From NCBI GenBank assembly GCA_050331235.1, contig JBHJHA010000091.1:1-34997 (forward strand): 34,997 nucleotides of DNA, written 5' to 3'. The notes below the pieces were generated by a model, which saw only the letters and a list, made by a program, of their open reading frames with translations, had not been told where the DNA came from and made no database searches. The stretch comes from Leptolyngbyaceae cyanobacterium (GTDB lineage: Bacteria > Cyanobacteriota > Cyanobacteriia > Phormidesmidales > Phormidesmidaceae). The translations under genes and the position numbers were made by a program. Shown in pieces: positions 30,301-34,997 of the stretch; positions within the stretch are counted from its first letter, which is position 1; each line of letters opens with the position of its first letter.

Positions 30301-30382
30301 TCTTTTACAGTTTTTAGAGCCCCGTACGATCACTGAAAATATTCAACGGCAAGGGTTTGCGCCGATTGAAGGGATGTCTTAA
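27368..30382 (+). CDS. putA: Bifunctional proline dehydrogenase / P5C (glutamate-5-semialdehyde) dehydrogenase
   Basis: PRODH motifs DVLGE, DMEQ, VRLIKGAYWD, YLIRRLLEN; ALDH motifs ISPWNFP, FTGS, GQKCSAC, EEIFGP, QPFGG; no N-terminal ribbon-helix-helix domain recognised. Confidence 0.96.
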   Translation: MSVAPVRNVESSTQVVVEESQVQAIARELLAETGEKRSLFAKVRDQFRWDDKLLSWAMENPGLRVHLFQLIDCLPALTTKTEVARHLQEYLSDESVELPQTLKGLLNFTAADSVPGKAAATTLSTAVETLARKYIAGANLKEALKSIEKLRKQSMTFTVDVLGEAVITEAEAQAYLDQYLTLMTQLTDAAQRWSTVSQVDSADGEPLSPVQVSVKLTAFYSQFDALDVEGSQAKVRDRIRQLLRRAQQVGAAVHFDMEQYRYKEATLATLKQLLMEAEFRDRSDIGVTLQAYLRDSYQDLQDLIQWARQRGTPVTVRLIKGAYWDQETITARQNHWPTPVYREKSSTDVNFERMTRRLLEHHEYLHAAIGSHNVRSQAYAIATAQALNIPQRRIEYQVLYGMADNLATALANQGHRVRVYCPYGDLIPGMAYLIRRLLENTANSSFLAQSVGDVSAEALLAPPQWGEGDYDDDEVQPEGSHLPFEPAADTDYAIAAARDQAAAALSDVKAQLGKVYWPLIGGEAVQTEAQLQSVNPGAPTQIVGTVGQLNIDQAEQAIAAAKAAFQDWKRTPTLERANIIRRAADRLEARRHELNAWMVFEGGKPLHQADAEVSEAADFCRFYAAEMERLDQEVVYDVAGENDRYFYQPKGIVLVISPWNFPLAIPTGMTVAALVTGNCALLKPAAPTAVIAAKLSEILVEAGIPKGVFQYIPGAGSTVGSHLVKHPDVHMIVFTGSQEVGCRIYADAAILQPGQRHLKRVVADMGGKNAIVVDESADLDQAVQGVVYSAFGYSGQKCSACSRVVVMDAIYETFVARLIAATQSLNVGQAADPSTKVGPVIDAAAQTRIRQVIEQGKTEATLALQIPAPETGYFVGPVIFTDVEPQSTLAQEEIFGPVLSVIKASGFGQALAIANGTRFALTGGLYSRTPSHIDQAKREFEVGNLYINRSITGAIVARQPFGGFKLSGVGSKAGGPDYLLQFLEPRTITENIQRQGFAPIEGMS

Positions 30383-30411
30383 CAGCAAAATCTTGCCTAG
30401 GAACTGGAAAA

Positions 30412-30855
30412 ATGAAACGGGAATTAATTGTCGGGTTGTTAGTCTTATCGATCACGGCGTGCGGTTCTTTGACAGTTTCTGGGCTGTCACCATCGGCTGC
30501 CTCCGAAACGAATGGGACCACTAGCGACCAATTGCTCCAGACTGCCTTTGAGACTCAAAGCAGCGACCTGCAGGTGCAAGGGCAAGGCACTGTTGTCAGA
30601 ATCCTGACGGATGATTTGGAGGGTAGCCGACATCAGCGGTTTATCCTAGAGCTGCAATCTGGCCAAACTTTGTTGATTGCCCACAATATCGATTTGGCCC
30701 CGCGCATTGACGCTATCGAAACGGGAGATCTGGTGGAGTTTTACGGCGAGTATGAATGGAACTCAGAAGGCGGGGTGATTCACTGGACTCATCATGACCC
30801 AGCTGGGGAGCATGTCGCTGGCTGGTTGCGGCATGAGGGGCAACTCTACCAGTAA
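30412..30855 (+). CDS. DUF3465-family putative lipoprotein
   Basis: ITAC lipobox-like motif; DD.EGSRHQRFIL, LIAHNIDLAPRI, GEYEWN..GGVIHWTHHDP. Confidence 0.88.
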   Translation: MKRELIVGLLVLSITACGSLTVSGLSPSAASETNGTTSDQLLQTAFETQSSDLQVQGQGTVVRILTDDLEGSRHQRFILELQSGQTLLIAHNIDLAPRIDAIETGDLVEFYGEYEWNSEGGVIHWTHHDPAGEHVAGWLRHEGQLYQ

Positions 30856-31084
30856 CCTCAGCTATACAGGCATTAGGCAAGCGGGATTGAGAGTTTCGAT
30901 CGCTGTATCGAGTTTCAGGAATAGATCGTCTTTCTTCCCGCTTGCAACACAAACAGAAACAACAGTATGAACAGTTCGCTCGCATCCCTATTGGCGGGCA
31001 CCATCCATACGTGTTGTTGACAGTGGCTAGACACCTGACAATGAGCAACCCCCTAAAGGATTCGCTGCAACGTATACCGGCAGC

Positions 31085-32368
31085 TTAGTTGGCGTTGGGC
31101 TGAGCGGGACGGTGGGGCAGATCTAAAGCGTCTCTGTCAAGTTGATCACCACTTTGAGCTTTGTCATCTTTGAGCCCTAATGCCTGTAACGGGTTGTTGA
31201 TAGCTTCGTTGAGGTTAGCCATGGCGTATCCCATTAGCTCATTAGGATTCAGCAAGATCCAACCCTGAGCGGTGAGTTCGCGCAGCTCAAAGTGCAAGTG
31301 CGGTCCGGTCGAGTTGCCAGTATTGCCGACGAGACCTACCACTTCGCCCTGTTTGATAGTTTCTCCGGGCCGAACCAGGATCCTTGATAAGTGAGCATAC
31401 CGAGTTTCTAAGGAATCTTCTGCATGACGCAGAATTACCGTAAGGCCATACCCCCCGAGATAATCGGCAACGTGAACTTCGCCATCTTGGGTAGCGACCA
31501 CAGGCGTGCCCTCGGGAGCGGCGAGGTCAGTACCCGTGTGAAAGCGGCGATCGCCAAAAATTGGATGTACACGCCAGCCAAATAGAGAAGAGATGGGCGC
31601 AGGCACCGCTAGCGGAAAGACAAATTCCTCCGCTCCCCGGCGCATGAGGTTGAGAGACCGCAGTCTCTCATTGAAGTACTCGCGGCTGATGACAGTTGTG
31701 CTGCCAACGGTCAAGCTGTTGCCGCCGATGCTAATGGGCCCCACCGAAAACTGGGCTCCTTCGCCATCGGTCGGACTGCCGTAGGTGACACCGCCGTCGT
31801 ATTGACTGCCACCATCGGCGATCGCGCCGCTGCTGCTGGCACAGCTGCGAGCAGGGGCTGACTGACCCTGCTGCAAACTAAACTGGCAGCCCGTAGACCG
31901 ATCTGAAAAGATGAGGGAGGGCGTATCGGGGGATGTGGTTGCCCCGAGGCTGTAATCCGTTGGGTCGATGAAAACGTTGTTGAAAGGTTCCGCAGGTGCC
32001 TCAGCTTCGCTAGTGGGGGCCGTCGGAGCGCTTTCCACAATGGGTGCGGCTGGGGTCGGATTTTGCTCAATGACTAATGCGGGTAAAGCCGGGGCCGGAT
32101 CAGGAGCGGGAGATGCCGTTACCTGGGGCTCGAGTAAGGCTTCGGCCGAAGTTTCCACAGGGGGGACGGCTGGGGCCGACTCCACCGCAGCTGGAGCCTC
32201 AATCTGAATTTCGGGGTCGGCATAGACAGGTAGCACTCCAAAGGCCAAGGTGACGCCGATCGCCCCGCCCGTCAGCCAAGCCACTGAGTTGAGGGTAGGG
32301 CTCCACTGGGAGTGATTTTCGCTGGAGAATTGCTCCGGCTGCATATTGGCTGCTCCGTCAGACACCAC
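31085..32368 (-). CDS. M23-family peptidoglycan metallopeptidase
   Basis: ISSLFGWRVHPI, HTGTD (HxxxD), YAHL, GNSTGPHLHFE (HxH); N-terminal TM and Pro/Ala/Glu-rich linker; start uncertain. Confidence 0.92.
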   Translation of the reverse strand: MVSDGAANMQPEQFSSENHSQWSPTLNSVAWLTGGAIGVTLAFGVLPVYADPEIQIEAPAAVESAPAVPPVETSAEALLEPQVTASPAPDPAPALPALVIEQNPTPAAPIVESAPTAPTSEAEAPAEPFNNVFIDPTDYSLGATTSPDTPSLIFSDRSTGCQFSLQQGQSAPARSCASSSGAIADGGSQYDGGVTYGSPTDGEGAQFSVGPISIGGNSLTVGSTTVISREYFNERLRSLNLMRRGAEEFVFPLAVPAPISSLFGWRVHPIFGDRRFHTGTDLAAPEGTPVVATQDGEVHVADYLGGYGLTVILRHAEDSLETRYAHLSRILVRPGETIKQGEVVGLVGNTGNSTGPHLHFELRELTAQGWILLNPNELMGYAMANLNEAINNPLQALGLKDDKAQSGDQLDRDALDLPHRPAQPNAN

Positions 32369-32376
32369 AATAAACC

Positions 32377-33228
32377 TCAGACATTGTAGCCCAGGCTAAT
32401 CTCACCTGGCTTTAAATAACGCACTCTTTTTGGGTCGTCCCCCGCAATATGAACGATGAGTTCACCCTTTATGGAGACGCCTTTTACTACTACGGGGTGC
32501 CCGTTCAAGGTAACTTGTTTCCCGACATGGGCCAGTCTTTGTTGATAAGCATTCACAAAGCTTTGATCGCCCCATTGCTGCCAATAATAGTATCCTTGCC
32601 AAAGCCCCCGTAGCGCGATCGCGGCTAAATCTTCCAAGGTTTTCACAGGCGCACCCGAACGATCCGGCAAAAGTTGACGTACTGAGAGGGCTGTTTTGGG
32701 CAGCGGGTTATCCCAGTTCAGACCCAGACCCACAACGGCAAACTGAATTTGGGAAGAGCCTGGAGACTGATCTGTCGGCGATTGGGATAAGCGGCTTTCG
32801 GTCAGTAAGCCTCCAACCTTACGCCCCGCGCTGACAAGATCGTTAGGCCATTTAATCTCAACCGGCAGCCCCAAGTTGTGGAGGGCGATCGCGACCCCCC
32901 AAGCGCTGGTCAGAGTGAGTAAATGACTTTGCTCTGCGGGCAACGCTGGCTCTAGCACTAAAGATAAATAGAGTCCACCTAGTGGGGAAACCCAGGTGCG
33001 TCCCCACTGGCCTCGCCCCGCTGTCTGCTGTTGGGCAATAACTACGGTGCCAGCCCCTTGCCCCTGGTCGATTAGTGCCCAAGCTTGAGTGTTGGTTGAT
33101 AAAAGGGTTTCGTAGAGTGAAATCTGAAAGCTGGGTTTCAGCATTGCCAATTGGGGCAGGCTGCCTAACTCAGTACCCAGGCGATCAAGCGCTACCAATA
33201 GGCGTTGATAATCCAAGCCAGTCCCCAT
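32377..33228 (-). CDS. birA: Biotin--[acetyl-CoA carboxylase] ligase (no HTH domain recognised)
   Basis: STN, QTAGRGQWGRTW.SP.GGLYLS, IKWPNDL, KVGGLL.E, GLGLN; ATG at 33228 is the likely start. Confidence 0.93.
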   Translation of the reverse strand: MGTGLDYQRLLVALDRLGTELGSLPQLAMLKPSFQISLYETLLSTNTQAWALIDQGQGAGTVVIAQQQTAGRGQWGRTWVSPLGGLYLSLVLEPALPAEQSHLLTLTSAWGVAIALHNLGLPVEIKWPNDLVSAGRKVGGLLTESRLSQSPTDQSPGSSQIQFAVVGLGLNWDNPLPKTALSVRQLLPDRSGAPVKTLEDLAAIALRGLWQGYYYWQQWGDQSFVNAYQQRLAHVGKQVTLNGHPVVVKGVSIKGELIVHIAGDDPKRVRYLKPGEISLGYNV

Positions 33229-33434
33229 GATCAGAATGACGGCAACCGCTAGCGACATGCGGCAAGTGGCATGGACCGATTGTAGGGCAGATGGGTGCCG
33301 AGTCATTCCGCCGTTTATCCTGGCGACGTTCACGCGGTTAAAGCGAATCATCGTAATCAACAACACCGACATCGTCGAATAAACCCGTCTTAATAGCTGG
33401 AGCGCATAAGGCAAGTGAAGGAACGGCGATCGTC

Positions 33435-34016
33435 ATGGATATCATCGAAAGTATTGGCATTGGGCTCGGGTTGGGCGCTGCCGCAGGATTTCGGACGCTG
33501 GTACCGTTTTTGATCTTGAGTACGGTTGCACTGTTTGGGCATGTGCCGCTGTCAGACAACCTGAGCTGGCTAGGCACCTATCCGGCTTTTATTACGCTGG
33601 CGATCGCCCTCACGATTGAAATCTTGGCCTACTCTGTACCGTGGCTCGATACGGCCCTTGACACTATTGCTCTACCCATTGCTGCAGCGGCAGGTACCGT
33701 GCTGATGGCGTTCGCCGTCAACCAATATGATCCACTGTTGCAGTGGAGTCTGGCCATTATTGCCGGAGGTGGTACCGCCGCCACAACTCGAGGACTGTCG
33801 ACCCTGACGCGCCTCCTGTCCACAGCCACCAGTGGCGGGCTCACTAACTTTATTGTGGCGATCGCTGAGCTGACTGGTGCTGTCAGCCTCTCAGTGTTGG
33901 CTTTGACTACTCCATTTCTGGTCATCGGCGTTGTGGCTGTGCTGCTAGGTACCTTGATTTGGCTGATCATTCGCGTCCGACAGATCCGCCAGCAACCGAC
34001 CTCCACTCCGGAATAA
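33435..34016 (+). CDS. DUF4126-family membrane protein
   Basis: GLGAAAGFR..VP, EILAY.VPWLD.ALD, LAIIAGG, RL.STATSGGL.N. Confidence 0.88.
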   Translation: MDIIESIGIGLGLGAAAGFRTLVPFLILSTVALFGHVPLSDNLSWLGTYPAFITLAIALTIEILAYSVPWLDTALDTIALPIAAAAGTVLMAFAVNQYDPLLQWSLAIIAGGGTAATTRGLSTLTRLLSTATSGGLTNFIVAIAELTGAVSLSVLALTTPFLVIGVVAVLLGTLIWLIIRVRQIRQQPTSTPE

Positions 34017-34109
34017 TTCAGGTAATTTTGTAATTGCTATCACACAAATTCGATTCCCAATGGTTACACTTTCAGCAATTCACCATTCGTGATTGTTAAA
34101 CCAACTGTC

Positions 34110-34475
34110 ATGCCTCCGGAGTCACCCTTCCCCAGCGCTGAAATGTCTGATATCGATGTCCAGAGTTTTGCACACCGGCAACAGGCCGGACTAGATACGG
34201 TGCAACTAATTGATGTGAGAGAGCCCTGGGAAGTCGAAAAAGCCGCGATCGCTGGCTTTGTCAACTTACCTCTAAGCCAGTTTGCCACTTGGGAAAGTCA
34301 GATTCATCAGTATTTTGATGTGGAGGTCGAAACTATTGTGATGTGCCATCACGGTATGCGGTCAGCCCAGATGTGCCATTGGCTAAGGCAACAGGGCTTT
34401 ATCCAAGTCAAAAATCTGACCGGAGGCATTGATGCCTTTTCGATTCAGGTGGACAAGTCCGTGCCTCGCTATTAG
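34110..34475 (+). CDS. Single-domain rhodanese-like protein
   Basis: LIDVREPWE, CHHGMRS active-site loop, NLTGGIDA, VPRY; start 34110 or 34143. Confidence 0.92.
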   Translation: MPPESPFPSAEMSDIDVQSFAHRQQAGLDTVQLIDVREPWEVEKAAIAGFVNLPLSQFATWESQIHQYFDVEVETIVMCHHGMRSAQMCHWLRQQGFIQVKNLTGGIDAFSIQVDKSVPRY

Positions 34476-34620
34476 CTAGTGGCAACGGCTTGAGTCATCA
34501 AGGACTAGCTTGTTAGCTGCTGTCATCATCCGCGTTCTACAGTTTTGTCCGTCAGTAACCACTCAAAACGTCCAGGCTTCGTACTTTCTGGCTTCTTGTT
34601 TTAGTTAACTTAGGCTGACT

Positions 34621-34848
34621 ATGATGGCCCACCGACTGGCTGCATTGGCGATCGTCATTGGCTGTGCAACCCTTTTGCGCTCTGGATTGGTTGCTCCGCT
34701 GGATCGAATGAATTGGCCTCAAGAAGGCGATTTTTCCATTCTGCTAGCGAGGTCTGTTTCGGCGAATGCCTCCCCAGCAAAAATTTCCCATGAACTGGCT
34801 AGGCGCGAGACCGATTTAAGCACATCTATAATAAAAAGAGCGTTTTAA
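34621..34848 (+). CDS. Hypothetical 75-aa ORF (doubtful)
   Basis: ATG start and hydrophobic N-terminus only; no recognisable family. Confidence 0.25.
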   Translation: MMAHRLAALAIVIGCATLLRSGLVAPLDRMNWPQEGDFSILLARSVSANASPAKISHELARRETDLSTSIIKRAF

Positions 34849-34997
34849 CGCTGAACCAAAGTACAGGGACAAAACTGGAGTACTGCAAGCTATAAGCTAG
34901 CACTGATAAGGATTTGACAAATTGAGGGGCGAGGCGGTGAGCTAGAACTTACCACATCGCTAGCCTCTACCACCTCATGACCGAGATTAACCGAATT

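Larger units (their letters stand above)
320..33865. repeat. Dispersed HIP1 octamer GCGATCGC
   Basis: More than 30 copies by eye (e.g. near 320, 5487, 6766, 10426, 16091, 16319, 21022, 26201, 33600, 33858); hallmark of many cyanobacterial genomes. Confidence 0.95.

Noticed and set aside
33229..33414. 62-aa N-terminal extension of BirA in the ORF track
   Set aside because: No HTH similarity; it would fill the divergent promoter region shared with the DUF4126 gene.
1..34997. CRISPR array, tRNA/rRNA, transposase, integrase, prophage or defence operon
   Set aside because: No regularly spaced repeats, cloverleaf sequences or matching protein motifs were found; the recurring octamer is HIP1.

Overview
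A 35-kb segment of a cyanobacterial chromosome. Evidence: more than 30 HIP1 GCGATCGC octamers, a CpcS/CpeS bilin lyase, gvpG and cyanobacteria-type small proteins. It is almost entirely scattered housekeeping genes: nadA, trpD, yebC, glk, hemE, ruvB, ftsE, ilvN, infC, rplI, putA and birA, plus an ABC permease, a MinD/ParA ATPase, a TPR protein, a MidA-type methyltransferase, an M23 peptidase and a rhodanese. An AT-rich Wzx flippase at the left edge probably marks the border of a polysaccharide island. I see no CRISPR array, transposase, prophage, tRNA/rRNA or clearly new multi-gene system. The best second-look items are: an NrtR-type operator over the nadA -10 box; a 21-bp tandem duplication that doubles the N-terminal Cys motif of an HxlR regulator; an orphan gvpG; an in-frame stop in the epimerase after hemE; a Glu-to-Asp change at the catalytic position of PutA; an MFS-HEAT protein next to a motif-degenerate DinG-like protein; and a possible MITE at the right end. 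Several anomalies look like base-call errors from low coverage.
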